Shown: positions 27,569-37,808 of the stretch, one piece after another
Layout of the letters: every line of letters starts with the position of its first letter
Numbering within the stretch: position 1 is the first letter of the stretch
DNA from: Candidatus Multivorans sp.
GTDB taxonomy: Bacteria; Acidobacteriota; Thermoanaerobaculia; Multivoradales; Multivoraceae
Length of the DNA stretch: 64,000 nucleotides
Direction: 5' to 3'
Assembly: GCA_965224025.1 (NCBI GenBank)
Contig: OZ245033.1
Coordinates: 96,001-160,000, forward strand
The notes under the pieces: generated by a model
Databases searched by the model: none
The model's input: only the letters and a program-made list of their open reading frames with translations
Told to the model about the DNA's origin: nothing
Made by a program: the position numbers and the translations under genes

Positions 27569-28293
27569 TGAACTCCCGAGACCAGATCCGCGTCGGCGAC
27601 ACGACGATTCAGTTCGACGTTCGGCGCAGCCGTCGCCGGCGAAAGACGATTCAACTCACCGTCGACAGGGACGGTGTCCACGTCGCCGCGCCGGCGAGAA
27701 CTTCCGACGGGAAGGTCCGCGCCATGGTCCAGGAGCGGGCGGCCTGGATCAGAAAACAACAGGCTGCCCTCCGGAACGCCCCCGAACAGCGTTTCGCCGA
27801 CGGCAAGACGATCGCCTGGCTCGGCCGTGACGTCCTCATGGTCTTCAATCGGACGCGGGCCAGGCGAATCGCCCTACGATTCGACGGATCAGGGTTCCGC
27901 GTCTCGGTTCCGTACGACCTGCCCGACGCGGAGCATGACGAGAAGGTACGGCTTGCCTTCATCGACTGGTACCGCAACCGGGCGGCGGAACACTTGCCGG
28001 CCGTCGTCGACCGCTGGCGGCCCGAACTCGGCCGCGACGGCACGCCGAAGATCCTGATCCGCAACCAGCGCCGCCGCTGGGGAAGCTGCGCCGCCGACGG
28101 CACCTTGCGCTTCAACTGGCGCGTCATGCTGCTGGACCCGTCCCTCATCGACTACATCGTCGTGCACGAGCTGGCCCATCTGACGCACATGAACCACTCA
28201 CCGGCATTCTGGGAGCTCGTGTGCCGGACGATTCCGGACGCTCAGGACCGCCGGAAACGGCTACGGGAGACGAGCCGGGCGTTGCCGTTCTAG
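27568..28293 (+). CDS. YgjP/DUF45 (M48-like) metal-dependent hydrolase
   Basis: VRRSRRRKTI, QRRRWGSC, YIVVHELAHLTHMNHS..FW. Confidence 0.88.
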   Translation: MNSRDQIRVGDTTIQFDVRRSRRRRKTIQLTVDRDGVHVAAPARTSDGKVRAMVQERAAWIRKQQAALRNAPEQRFADGKTIAWLGRDVLMVFNRTRARRIALRFDGSGFRVSVPYDLPDAEHDEKVRLAFIDWYRNRAAEHLPAVVDRWRPELGRDGTPKILIRNQRRRWGSCAADGTLRFNWRVMLLDPSLIDYIVVHELAHLTHMNHSPAFWELVCRTIPDAQDRRKRLRETSRALPF

Positions 28294-28294
28294 C

Positions 28295-28687
28295 TCACTG
28301 GTCGACTGCTCCGAAGCAACGAACGGCTTCGAGCAGGTCTTCGCCGGGCCGGCCGAGGAAGGTCGCCCTCCAGCCCACCAGATCGGGCCGCGGCCCGAAC
28401 AGGACGATCGTGTCGCCGGACCGCTCCTCGCCGGGCACGAGCCCGCCGTCATCGACCCTCAGGCCGCGCGCCATGCCCGGCTTGAGCGCGGCGGACCGCG
28501 CTCTCAGACCGGTCGCGCCGGCGGCTCGCAGACGGCGGGCCTCCTGGCGGCAGTTCTCCCAGGTCTCGGGACCGCCGGTCAGGATGCCGAGCGGCAGTCG
28601 TGGCGTGGCGAGTTCTTCGGTTCCGATGTCGACGGCCCACAGCGTCCGCCGCACGGCCCGAAGGTCGGCGACATCGCGCGCGTTCAT
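28295..28687 (-). pseudogene. C-terminal part of a RES-domain protein (5' end missing)
   Basis: VRRTLWAVD...GLRARSAAL...IVLF resembles the RES C-terminal half; REP-like repeats lie where the N-terminus should be. Confidence 0.45.
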
Positions 28688-28741
28688 GGAGAAGAGGGCG
28701 CCGCGGTTCGGGGAGTGATCGGACGGCCGAGGCACAGCGCC

Positions 28742-28804
28742 GGATGCGGGCGAGACGCCCGCGTTCCCAGGTCGGGATGCGGGCAGGATGCCCGCGTTCC
28801 CAGG
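28742..28804 (+). repeat. Two tandem REP-like palindromic units (33-bp period)
   Basis: ggatgcgggcgagacgcccgcgttcccagg / ggatgcgggcaggatgcccgcgttcccagg; third copy inverted at 11184-11206. Confidence 0.8.
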
Positions 28805-28819
28805 CCAGAACCTCCAGCC

Positions 28820-30298
28820 TTACTCCCCGTCCACGACGCCAGACCGTATCCCCCGGCCGGGCAGAGGTCCTTCGACCAGTTCGCCGTCCCGGACCACGAA
28901 CACGCCGTCGACGAGCACGTGGGGAATCCCCGCCGAGGGCACGGCCGGCTCGGCGAAGGTGGCCCGGTCGGCCACGCTCCCCGGGTCGAAGACGGTGATG
29001 TCCGCGTCCGCTCCGACCGATACCCGGCCCTTCTTGCGCATAGCCGGCGCCACCGCTTCCAGCCGGCGGGCCGGGTCCAGGGTCATCTTGCGGATCGCAG
29101 CCATCAGGCTGAGCCGTCTCTGGTCCCGGACGTACCGCCCCAGCACGCGCGCGAATGTCCCCGCGCCGCGCGGATGGGCTCGGCCGTCGATGTAGCCGAC
29201 GCCGTCGCTCGCGATCATCACCGCGGGGTGCGCGATCGCGTCCCCGAGTTCCTGCTCGGGGATGATGTGGGCGATGACGATCGCGGGCGCCGCGTCCGGA
29301 GTCTCCATTCGCCGGTGCATGAAGCCGGCCTCGTCCAGCCGCTCGCCGGTGGCGACCCATTCGATGTCGCGGTAGTGCGCGCCCATGCGCTCTCTCCAGC
29401 CCGGATCGAAGATCGCGGAGCGAATGTCCGTCGACGCGGCGGTGTACGGATAGACCTCGGTGGTCACGTCGATCCCGGCCGCGGCGGCGGTGGCGATCAT
29501 GTCGATGACCATGGGCATCTGCTCCAGGCCGGTCGAGCCGATGTGGACGATGTGAACCGAGCCGCCGGCGCCCGCGGCGTCGGCGATCATCTCCTGGACG
29601 GCGGAGATCGCGCTCTCCGGCTCCTTCATGCCCGCGTAGCGGATATGGGCGAAGACGGTGACGCCGGCTTCCGCGGCGGTCCCGAACATGCGGAAGATCT
29701 CGGTCCGCGAGGCGCCAGGCTGGTACTGGAGCGGCAGACCGACTCCGAGAGCGCCGTCGGCGAGTCCCTCCCGCAACGTTTCCTGGATGGCTTCGATCTG
29801 CTCGGGACTCGCCTCCTCGTTGCGCGCGGCCTGCTCATCTTCGCCGAACGCCAGCACCCGCGCTGCACCGTATGCCGTGGTGGCGCCGAAGTGGATGCGC
29901 CAGGAACCCTCGCGCTCCTCGTACCACTCGTCGACGGGAAACGCCCCGCCCTCGAGCTCGAACGCCGCGGTCACGCCGTCGCGCACCTGCAGGTCGCGGC
30001 TGAAGGGATCGTGGCCGTGGGCATGCAGATCGATGAACCCGGGGGCCACCACGAGTCCCGAGACGTCGACGACCTCGGTTCCGTCCAGAGGCTCTGGCGA
30101 GATGGCTGCGACCGTGCCGCCATCGATCCCGACGTCCATCACGGCCTCGAGACCCGACTCCGGATCCATGACGCGGCCGCCGCGAAGCACCAGGTCGTAC
30201 TGGACCGGCTCGGGCGCGCAGGCGATCAGCAGCAGAACCACGAACGGAAACGCGAGCGCGGACCGCCTGGCGCGCAGCCAAAGCCAATCAGACTGCAT
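28820..30298 (-). CDS. Amidohydrolase, N-acyl-D-amino-acid deacylase-like lipoprotein
   Basis: Lipobox LIAC; PGFIDLHAH; IASDG; HPRGAGTFARVLG; GADADITVFD. Confidence 0.85.
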   Translation of the reverse strand: MQSDWLWLRARRSALAFPFVVLLLIACAPEPVQYDLVLRGGRVMDPESGLEAVMDVGIDGGTVAAISPEPLDGTEVVDVSGLVVAPGFIDLHAHGHDPFSRDLQVRDGVTAAFELEGGAFPVDEWYEEREGSWRIHFGATTAYGAARVLAFGEDEQAARNEEASPEQIEAIQETLREGLADGALGVGLPLQYQPGASRTEIFRMFGTAAEAGVTVFAHIRYAGMKEPESAISAVQEMIADAAGAGGSVHIVHIGSTGLEQMPMVIDMIATAAAAGIDVTTEVYPYTAASTDIRSAIFDPGWRERMGAHYRDIEWVATGERLDEAGFMHRRMETPDAAPAIVIAHIIPEQELGDAIAHPAVMIASDGVGYIDGRAHPRGAGTFARVLGRYVRDQRRLSLMAAIRKMTLDPARRLEAVAPAMRKKGRVSVGADADITVFDPGSVADRATFAEPAVPSAGIPHVLVDGVFVVRDGELVEGPLPGRGIRSGVVDGE

Positions 30299-33200
30299 CG
30301 AGAGCCTCCTCCATCGCGGCCTCGGCAGGGGGCTCGGGCGGCGGCTTCACACCGTGAACGGCGATCTGGGACCGGAAGTCGTTCAGGATCGCGTAGAGCG
30401 ACGGCACGAGCAACAGCGTGATCGCCGTCGCGAACAGGACGCCGAAGGCCAGCGAGACGGCCATCGGCACCAGGAACTGAGCCTGGAAGCTCCGCTCCAG
30501 GAGCAGCGGCAGCAGGCCGACGAAGGTGGTCAGAGACGTCAGAACGATGGGTCGGAAGCGGGCGGCGCCCGCATCCCGGATCGCTTCGTGGACCCTCATG
30601 CCGGCCGCAAGCCTCCGGTTGATGAAGTCGACCATGACCAGGGAATCGTTGACGACGACGCCGGTCAGGGCGATCAGGCCGAGCAGCGAGAGCATGGTCA
30701 GGTTGAGTCCGACCACCCGGTGGCCGATCACGGCGCCGATCAGGCCGAACGGGATCGCGCTCATCACGATCATGGGCTGCAGATAGGAACGGAACGGAAT
30801 CGCCAGCAGGGCGTAGATGACGATCAGCGCCACCCCCAGCGCTTCGAACAGCCCCTCGAAGGTCTGACGCTGCTCCTCCTGTTCGCCCGCGAACGAGGAG
30901 TTGATCCCGGGGTAGCCGGCCAGTAGTTCGGGCAGCACGTTGGCCCGGAGGTCGCCGACGACTTCGTTCGCGGTCACCACCGCCGGATCGACGTCCGCCG
31001 TGATGTTCAGCACCCGCCGCCGGTCGATCCGTTGAATGGTCGCGAAGCCGCGGCCGAAGTCAGCACGGCCGGCGAACGAAAACGGAACCTCGGCCCCGGT
31101 CGGCGTCCGGATCCGCATGTCTTCGAGCGACGCCAGGGTCTCCCGCTCCTCCAGCGGGTAGCGCACCATGACCCGCACGTCGTCGCGCCCGCGCTGGATC
31201 CGCTGCGCTTCGGCGCCGTAGAAGCCCTGCCGTACCTGGCGGCCGAGGGCCTCGAGGCTCAGGCCCAGGGATTCCGCCCGCGGGTCGAGCTCCAGCCGGA
31301 TCTCCCGCTTGCCGGCCCGGAAGGAGTCCGAGATATCGAACACGCCGGGATAGTCGGCCAGCCGGGCCTTGATCTCCTCCCCCGCCGCCCTAAGCTCATT
31401 GAGATTCGTCCCCGTGAGTTGCACATCGACCGCCGCGCCGAAGCTGACCAGACTCGCCGTGTACTCGACCTGGACCGCGTCGGGCACGATGCCCACCTTG
31501 TCGCGCCACAGCCGAACGACCTCGGTGGCCCGAATCGTCCGCTCCCGGGACGACTGGAGTTCAACGTTCACCTCACCCTGGTGCGGCGCCGCGACCGCCA
31601 CCTGAAAGGCGGCCGTCGGCCCGCTCTGCTGCTGCAGCGCCGCGTAGGGCTGCGAGCCGACGGTCGCCATCACGTGGCGAAACACGTCGCCGTGGCCCTC
31701 GCTCCGCAGTTCCTCCGAGAGTTCGAAGGCCGCCGCCTCGATGCGCGTGACCGCCGCGAGAGTCGTCTCCGCCGGCGTCCCCTGGGGCATGGTCAACAGC
31801 ACGACCGCGTTGTCCGCCTCGACGTCCGGGAAGAACTCGAACTTCATCCGACCGGAAAAGATGTACCCGGCCGTGATCAGGAACACGGCCACCGCGATCG
31901 CCACGGTCGAATACCGGTACTCGAGCGCCCGCTCGATCAGGGGCCGGTAGCCGCGTTCGATCACCCACTTCATCCGATTGCTGAAGAAGCCCTGGAAGAT
32001 GGACCAACCCCAGTGGATGCCCCGGCGCCGCACTTCCCCATGCCGGTGGGTGAGGTGGGAAAGGTGGTTCGGCAGCACCAGCATGGACTCGATCAACGAG
32101 AACGCCAGGCAGCCGATGACGACCAGGGGAATCGTCCGCGCGATCGCCGCCGAGGGGCCCTCCATCGAGTAGATCAGCGGCGAGAAGGCGGCCACCGTGG
32201 TGAGGATCGAGAACGTGACCGGCGTCGCCACCTGCCGCGCGCCGTCGACCGCCGCGCGCATGCCCCGCTTGCCCATCTCGAAGTGGCGGTAGATGTTCTC
32301 GCCCACCACGATCGCGTCGTCAACCACGATCCCGAGTACCAGGATGAACGCGAACAGCGACATCACGTTGATCGTGACGTCGACGTACGGCAGCACGGCG
32401 AGCGCGCCCATGAACGAGACCGCGATGCCGACGGAGACCCACAGGGCGAGCCGGAGCTTCAGGAACAGCGCCAGCACCAGAAACACGAGCAGGAGGCCCA
32501 ACCGTCCGCTCTCGAGCAGCACCCGCAGCCGGTCCTGGAGCGGCACCGAATCGTCGAGCCAAGTCGTCATCCGCAGGCCCGGCGGCAGGGCCGCCGACCG
32601 CTCCGCGATGAAGCCCCTGACCTGGCGGGAAATGCGCAGGGCGCTCTGATCGCCGACCCGGTAGACCTGGACCAGGGCGACCGGCTGGCCGTCGAACCGC
32701 GATGTCACGTCCGTCTCGGCGAAGCCGTCCGTCACCCGCGCAATGTCGCCCAGTACGAGCCGGCTACCGTCGGGCCGCGCCCTCAGCACGATGCCCCCGT
32801 ACTCGGCGCCCCGGTATGCCTGCCCCATCGTGCGCAGGAGGATCTCGCCCTCGCGCGCTCTGACCGCGCCGCCCGGAAGATCGAGCGATGACCGCCGCAC
32901 CGCCAGCACGACCTCGTCGAAGGTGAGGCCGTACTGCCGGAGCGTGTCCTCCGAGACCTCGATCGAGATCTCGTAGGGCCGCACCGCGTCGAGTTCCACC
33001 TGGGTGATGTCGGGGAGTTCCGAGAGGCCCTCGCGCACCTGTTCCGCGACCGCCTTGAGGGCGCGTTCCTCCACATCGCCGTAGACCGCCACCGTGATCA
33101 CCCGGCGACGAATGAGCGCCTCCTGGATGATCGGCTTCTCGGTCTCTTCGGGAAAGGTCGTGATCGCATCGATCCGGGACTTGACCTTGTCCAGCACCTC

Positions 33201-33509
33201 GCGGGTGTCGGCGTCGCTTTCCAGTTCGATGACCACGGTGGCGACTCCCTCCGCCGCCGTGGACCGGACCGTGTCCACGCCTTCCAGGTCCTGCACCGCC
33301 TCCTCGACGCGCAGGCAGACGCCCTGCTCGACCTCCTCCGGCGCCGCGCCCAGGTAGGGCACGGTCACCGTGATGCTCTGGGTCTCCAGGCTCGGGAAGA
33401 CCTCGATCGGCATACCCGTCATGGCGAGCAGACCCCAGACCACGATGAAGACCATCAACAGGTTCGCCGCCACGCCGTTGCGGGCAAACCAACCGATCAC
33501 GGCGCTCAC
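30288..33509 (-). CDS. RND efflux permease (AcrB/AcrD/AcrF family)
   Basis: 1073 aa; LGIVVDDAIVVGEN, GVVVNDSLV, RFRPIVLTSLTT. Confidence 0.95.
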   Translation of the reverse strand: MSAVIGWFARNGVAANLLMVFIVVWGLLAMTGMPIEVFPSLETQSITVTVPYLGAAPEEVEQGVCLRVEEAVQDLEGVDTVRSTAAEGVATVVIELESDADTREVLDKVKSRIDAITTFPEETEKPIIQEALIRRRVITVAVYGDVEERALKAVAEQVREGLSELPDITQVELDAVRPYEISIEVSEDTLRQYGLTFDEVVLAVRRSSLDLPGGAVRAREGEILLRTMGQAYRGAEYGGIVLRARPDGSRLVLGDIARVTDGFAETDVTSRFDGQPVALVQVYRVGDQSALRISRQVRGFIAERSAALPPGLRMTTWLDDSVPLQDRLRVLLESGRLGLLLVFLVLALFLKLRLALWVSVGIAVSFMGALAVLPYVDVTINVMSLFAFILVLGIVVDDAIVVGENIYRHFEMGKRGMRAAVDGARQVATPVTFSILTTVAAFSPLIYSMEGPSAAIARTIPLVVIGCLAFSLIESMLVLPNHLSHLTHRHGEVRRRGIHWGWSIFQGFFSNRMKWVIERGYRPLIERALEYRYSTVAIAVAVFLITAGYIFSGRMKFEFFPDVEADNAVVLLTMPQGTPAETTLAAVTRIEAAAFELSEELRSEGHGDVFRHVMATVGSQPYAALQQQSGPTAAFQVAVAAPHQGEVNVELQSSRERTIRATEVVRLWRDKVGIVPDAVQVEYTASLVSFGAAVDVQLTGTNLNELRAAGEEIKARLADYPGVFDISDSFRAGKREIRLELDPRAESLGLSLEALGRQVRQGFYGAEAQRIQRGRDDVRVMVRYPLEERETLASLEDMRIRTPTGAEVPFSFAGRADFGRGFATIQRIDRRRVLNITADVDPAVVTANEVVGDLRANVLPELLAGYPGINSSFAGEQEEQRQTFEGLFEALGVALIVIYALLAIPFRSYLQPMIVMSAIPFGLIGAVIGHRVVGLNLTMLSLLGLIALTGVVVNDSLVMVDFINRRLAAGMRVHEAIRDAGAARFRPIVLTSLTTFVGLLPLLLERSFQAQFLVPMAVSLAFGVLFATAITLLLVPSLYAILNDFRSQIAVHGVKPPPEPPAEAAMEEALDAV

Positions 33510-35110
33510 GGCGCGCCGCCGCGCAAGCGCAGCCGCAGCCCCGCAGGATCCGCGATCGGCGCCACGTCGCCCGCGGCGGCGCCGTCGATGACCACGCGGG
33601 TGACCGGGTCCGCGCCGCCGCGGAACTGGCCGACACGGACCGAGCGCGCCGGCGAGCCGCCGGTTGCGCCTCCGTCACCGCCCTGATCCACGCCGACCAG
33701 GGTGTTCGAGACGCGCATCACGCAACCCGAAAGGTCCACCACGTAGCGCGGTGGATCGTCCAGCCAGAACGTCCGGTAGACGGGTTCGCCGCCGGCGCGG
33801 AGCAGCAGGTCGACGTACCCCGCGCCACGCTCCAACTCGACGCCGGTGAGGACGCACCGGTCAGTCTTCGGCTCGTCGGCGACGGCGCGCACAGCCAGGG
33901 CTGCGGGCGTCGACTCCACGGAGCCGGTCGCCGACGAAGCGGCCGCGGGCGCGGGCGCTGCCACGGGTACCGGCTCCAACTCCGGCGTCACCAGCATGCC
34001 GTCCACGGCCGTTTCAAGAATCGTCAAGCTGATCCGATCCCCGCTCACCAGGCCGTCGGAGACGATCGCGACGTCCGGGTCCGAGCGCAGAATCCCGACC
34101 TGACGCAGGGCCAGCCGATCGTCCTCGACCAACCACAACCGGTCCGCTCCGACCAGCGCCCCGCGCGGCACCTCGAACACGGAGTCGACCGAACGGCCGA
34201 CCACGTCCGCGTCCACGAACAGACCCACCGACAACGGCGGGCGGCCGGAGGCAGCCCGGTACGGGTCCTCGACGCGGGCGATCAAGTTCACCATGCGCGT
34301 CGCCGGGTCGATCTCGCCGCCGACGCGGACGATCCGGGCCTCCCACTCATGCCGTCCGCCGGCGAACTGCGCCTGCAACAGGACCCGCGGCCCGGCGCCC
34401 CGCAGTTCCGCGCCCAGCGGCAGGTCGAGAAAGGCGAGTTCCGAGTCGGGTACCGGCAGCGTGACCTCCGCAGCGTCGACGGAGTAGATCGTTGCCAGGG
34501 GCACGCCGCGGTTCACGAACTCGCCGCGGTCGACCCGCTTGGCGCGCAGCCGGCCCGCGAACGGCGCCCGGATCGCCGTTCGCGAAAGATCCAGCTCGGC
34601 GCGCGCCTGGTTCGCCAGCGCGGCCTCCACGCGAGCCCTCGCCTCGTCCAACTGGGGCTCGCGGAGCACCAGGGGTCCGGGTTCGCCGGGCTCCTCGAGA
34701 TCCTCCCATTCCTCCCGCGCGACTTCGGCCTCCGCCTCTTCCCGTGTCAGCGCGACCCGCGCCTGCGCCACGGACGCCCGGGCACTCGCGACCGCCAGTT
34801 CGTAGTCGCGGCGGTCCAGGCGCAGCAGCACGTCGCCGGTGTCGAAGAAGCCGCCAACCTCGAAACTCTCCGCCACCCAGACGATGTTGCCGGCGACCTC
34901 CGACACCAGGTCCGCCTCGGTCGCCGGGATCACCGATCCCTGCGAACGCACCCGCAACTCGACCCGGGTCGGCTCCACGGTCACCACCCGAACGGGAGGC
35001 GGCGCGATCTGGCGCGGCGCGGTCTCCACCGCCGGCCGCGACCCGACCAGAGCCACGACGATCACTACGGCGACGGCCAGGATCGCGACAGGCAGGATCC
35101 ACTTCAGCAC
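33506..35110 (-). CDS. RND periplasmic adaptor (MFP) with C-terminal AMIN domain
   Basis: MFP lipoyl/hairpin (VSEVAG..., IRAPFAG); Ala/Pro linker; AMIN-like FWLDDPPRYVVDL and VRVGQF...TRVVID. Confidence 0.85.
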   Translation of the reverse strand: MLKWILPVAILAVAVVIVVALVGSRPAVETAPRQIAPPPVRVVTVEPTRVELRVRSQGSVIPATEADLVSEVAGNIVWVAESFEVGGFFDTGDVLLRLDRRDYELAVASARASVAQARVALTREEAEAEVAREEWEDLEEPGEPGPLVLREPQLDEARARVEAALANQARAELDLSRTAIRAPFAGRLRAKRVDRGEFVNRGVPLATIYSVDAAEVTLPVPDSELAFLDLPLGAELRGAGPRVLLQAQFAGGRHEWEARIVRVGGEIDPATRMVNLIARVEDPYRAASGRPPLSVGLFVDADVVGRSVDSVFEVPRGALVGADRLWLVEDDRLALRQVGILRSDPDVAIVSDGLVSGDRISLTILETAVDGMLVTPELEPVPVAAPAPAAASSATGSVESTPAALAVRAVADEPKTDRCVLTGVELERGAGYVDLLLRAGGEPVYRTFWLDDPPRYVVDLSGCVMRVSNTLVGVDQGGDGGATGGSPARSVRVGQFRGGADPVTRVVIDGAAAGDVAPIADPAGLRLRLRGGAP

Positions 35111-35112
35111 GT

Positions 35113-36624
35113 CTAGCCTCCGCCGCCCGTGGCTGCGGCCGCCGCGACCGGTTCCGGATAGACGCCCCCACCCAACGCCAGAATCAGGTCCGTCCGCGAT
35201 TCGAGTTGCTGCCGGCGAGCGGCGAGCAACTGGCTCTCCGACTGAAACGACGTCCGTTGACTGTCGAGTACCTGCAGATAACCGACAAGGCCCTGCCGGT
35301 AGCGGCCCTCGGTCAGGCGTTCCGCCTCCCGGCTCTCGGTAGCCGCCCGCTCCAGCGCCCCCGCCCGCTCCGCCAGCATCCGTTCCGCCACGAGACCCGA
35401 CTCCACTTCGGCGAAGGCCGCGAGCGCCGTCTGCAACCAGTTCGCCTCCGCCGCGTCGAGACCGGCAGTCACCAGATCCAGCCCGGCCCGTAGGCGGCCG
35501 CCCGAAAGCAGGGGTTGCAGCAGTCCGGCGGCGAGACTCCAGACCGAGAAGTCGCCATCCAGCAGGTCGCTCAGAGAACCACTCGACGTGCCTGACGATC
35601 CGTCCAGTCTGAAGGTCGGGTAGAGAGAACGGCGGGCGGCGCGAATCCGCTGCGACGAGGCGATCGCGCGGTACTCCGCGGCCCGCAGGTCCGGACGGCG
35701 CGCCAGCAGGTCGGCCGGCACACCGGTCTCGGGCAGCGGCGGCAGATCGGGAAGGCCCGCGGCCGCCTCGATCTCGCCGGCCGGATAGCGGCCCAGCAGC
35801 ACCTCCATCTGCCGGCGCAGGCCGTCGAGCGTCTGCTTCTGCGCCGCCAGCGAGGCCTCGACGGTCGCTATCTGAGTCCGTGCCTGCCGCACCTCGAGCG
35901 CGGTCGCCACGCCCCGCCGGTAGCGGGCCTCGACCCGATCGCGCGTCCGCTCGCGGCTCGCCAGAGTGCGCTCCAGGAGTTCCACCTGTTGCATGGCCTC
36001 AACGACGCCGAAGTACACCTTCGCGACCTGGCCGGCGATCGAGAGGCGCGCCCCGGCGAAGTCGGCTTCGCCCGCCGCCGCCTCAGCCAGCGAGGCTGCC
36101 GTGAGGGCGCGGAGCCTCCCCCACAGGTCGACCTCCCAGCGGATGTTCAGGGACAAACCGTAGCTGGTGAAGGCGAAGCTGCGCACGCCGCCGGGCTCGA
36201 AGCCCGGAATCGGGATCGCCTCGGTCAGGCCGCTCTGGGCGGTGTTCTGCTTGCGCCGCCCAGGGTCGAGCGCCGCCTCCAGCTCCGGTCGCCGAGCCGC
36301 GCCGTCGAGCCGGGCCTGAGCGAAGGCCGCCTCGACATTCGCGGCCGCGGCACGCAGGCTCGCGTTGTGCTCCAACCCCTCTACGATCAACCCCGACAGC
36401 AACGGATCGCCGAAGTCGCTCCACCAGTCCGATGCGACCTGCGAAGAACCGGCCGGCGCCTTTGCCGCGCCCGCTACCTCGCCGTACTCGGCCGTCGCAG
36501 GCGCTTCCAGGGCCGGCGGACCCGTGCCCACGGCGCTGCAACCGAGCCAGAGGATCGGGGCGGCAACCAGCGGCAGCGACCAGCGCATCCGGCCCTGGAC
36601 GCCACCATGAAGGGGAACCATCAT
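35113..36624 (-). CDS. RND outer-membrane factor lipoprotein (NodT/OprM family); start probably 36588
   Basis: LGC lipobox; WWSDFGDP; WEVDLWGRL; PADLLARRPDL; LILALGGG. Confidence 0.92.
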   Translation of the reverse strand: MMVPLHGGVQGRMRWSLPLVAAPILWLGCSAVGTGPPALEAPATAEYGEVAGAAKAPAGSSQVASDWWSDFGDPLLSGLIVEGLEHNASLRAAAANVEAAFAQARLDGAARRPELEAALDPGRRKQNTAQSGLTEAIPIPGFEPGGVRSFAFTSYGLSLNIRWEVDLWGRLRALTAASLAEAAAGEADFAGARLSIAGQVAKVYFGVVEAMQQVELLERTLASRERTRDRVEARYRRGVATALEVRQARTQIATVEASLAAQKQTLDGLRRQMEVLLGRYPAGEIEAAAGLPDLPPLPETGVPADLLARRPDLRAAEYRAIASSQRIRAARRSLYPTFRLDGSSGTSSGSLSDLLDGDFSVWSLAAGLLQPLLSGGRLRAGLDLVTAGLDAAEANWLQTALAAFAEVESGLVAERMLAERAGALERAATESREAERLTEGRYRQGLVGYLQVLDSQRTSFQSESQLLAARRQQLESRTDLILALGGGVYPEPVAAAAATGGGG

Positions 36625-36719
36625 CGTTTGTTGTGGGTACGGACAATCGACCCGGGAGTTCGACGCCGAGCCGAGACTACTAGCCGGCCGCCGGCCGGGA
36701 ATCAGTTAGCGTCATCGCG

Positions 36720-37808
36720 ATGGTTACCGAGGATCGCGCCGGCAACCCGCCTTCCGGACACCGCCGCGTCGACCGGCAGCTCAAGCTCGACCTGATCGAG
36801 GCCGCGGTGCGCGAGAACGAGGCCCAGCTTGGCCGGCAAAGCCCCGAGCACGCGGAGAACGACAGCCCGAAACACCGCCGGCGGCGCCGTTTCTCGCCCT
36901 GGAGCCTGCTCCTGCTGGCGCCGATCGCCGGTACCGCCGGACTCGGCTACCTGGAGCTGAAGCGTCCCGGAGCGGACATCCAACCCGATCGGCCCGTCGA
37001 GGCAACACAGCCGGCGCCCGAAGTGCTCTTCACCGAGCCACCGGAGCCTCTCGACCTCAGCGTCTTCCCTCTGCCCATCAAGAGGATCGTGCTCGATCCG
37101 GGCCACGGTGGCGCCGCCTCCGGCACGGTGGCCGGAGGCCTGACCGAGAAAGACCTCGCGCTCGACATCGCCCGTCGGGTGCGCGAGCTGCTGTCCGACC
37201 GGTACCGCGTCGCGATGACCCGCGAGGCGGACATCGACGTCGAACTCGATCGCCGGTCCGGCATCGCCAACCGGGCCGGGGCCGACCTGTTCGTCTCGAT
37301 TCACGTGAACTGGCTGACGCGGAATCAGAGCTGCGGCGTCGAGACCTACTTCCTCGGCCCCACAGACGACCCCGAGCTGACCGCACTCGCCGAACGGGAG
37401 AATGCCGAGGCGCACGGCTACTCTCTGGCCGACCTGCGCCGCCTCCTCGACGGCGTCTACGCACAGGCCATGCAGGACGAAAGCCGGACTCTCGCCAACG
37501 CGGTTCAGGACGCCCTGTTCGAACAACTGCGGACATCGAATCCGGGCCTGCGGAATCGCGGCGTGAAGTCAGCGCCCTTCGTGGTCCTGATCGACGCCGA
37601 GATGCCGGCCATCCTGGCCGAGGTGTCCTGCCTTTCGGACGCCGGCGAGATCGACCGGCTGCGCGAGAGCGACTACCTCCAGTCGATCGCCGAAGCCCTC
37701 GACACGGGCATCCGGAGCTACGCCGACTCGCTTCGCCTGCGGGCCGAGCCGCCGGCAGAGGACGCGGCGCTAAGCTCCGCGGCTTTGGAGATCAGGGAAG
37801 AGCAGTGA
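36720..37808 (+). CDS. Membrane-anchored N-acetylmuramoyl-L-alanine amidase (Amidase_3)
   Basis: N-terminal TM; IVLDPGHGG, EKDLAL, FVSIHVN, PAILAEV. Confidence 0.92.
   Translation: MVTEDRAGNPPSGHRRVDRQLKLDLIEAAVRENEAQLGRQSPEHAENDSPKHRRRRRFSPWSLLLLAPIAGTAGLGYLELKRPGADIQPDRPVEATQPAPEVLFTEPPEPLDLSVFPLPIKRIVLDPGHGGAASGTVAGGLTEKDLALDIARRVRELLSDRYRVAMTREADIDVELDRRSGIANRAGADLFVSIHVNWLTRNQSCGVETYFLGPTDDPELTALAERENAEAHGYSLADLRRLLDGVYAQAMQDESRTLANAVQDALFEQLRTSNPGLRNRGVKSAPFVVLIDAEMPAILAEVSCLSDAGEIDRLRESDYLQSIAEALDTGIRSYADSLRLRAEPPAEDAALSSAALEIREEQ

Noticed and set aside
28742-28804. Possible CRISPR array
   Set aside because: Only two units with a 3-nt spacer, and no cas genes
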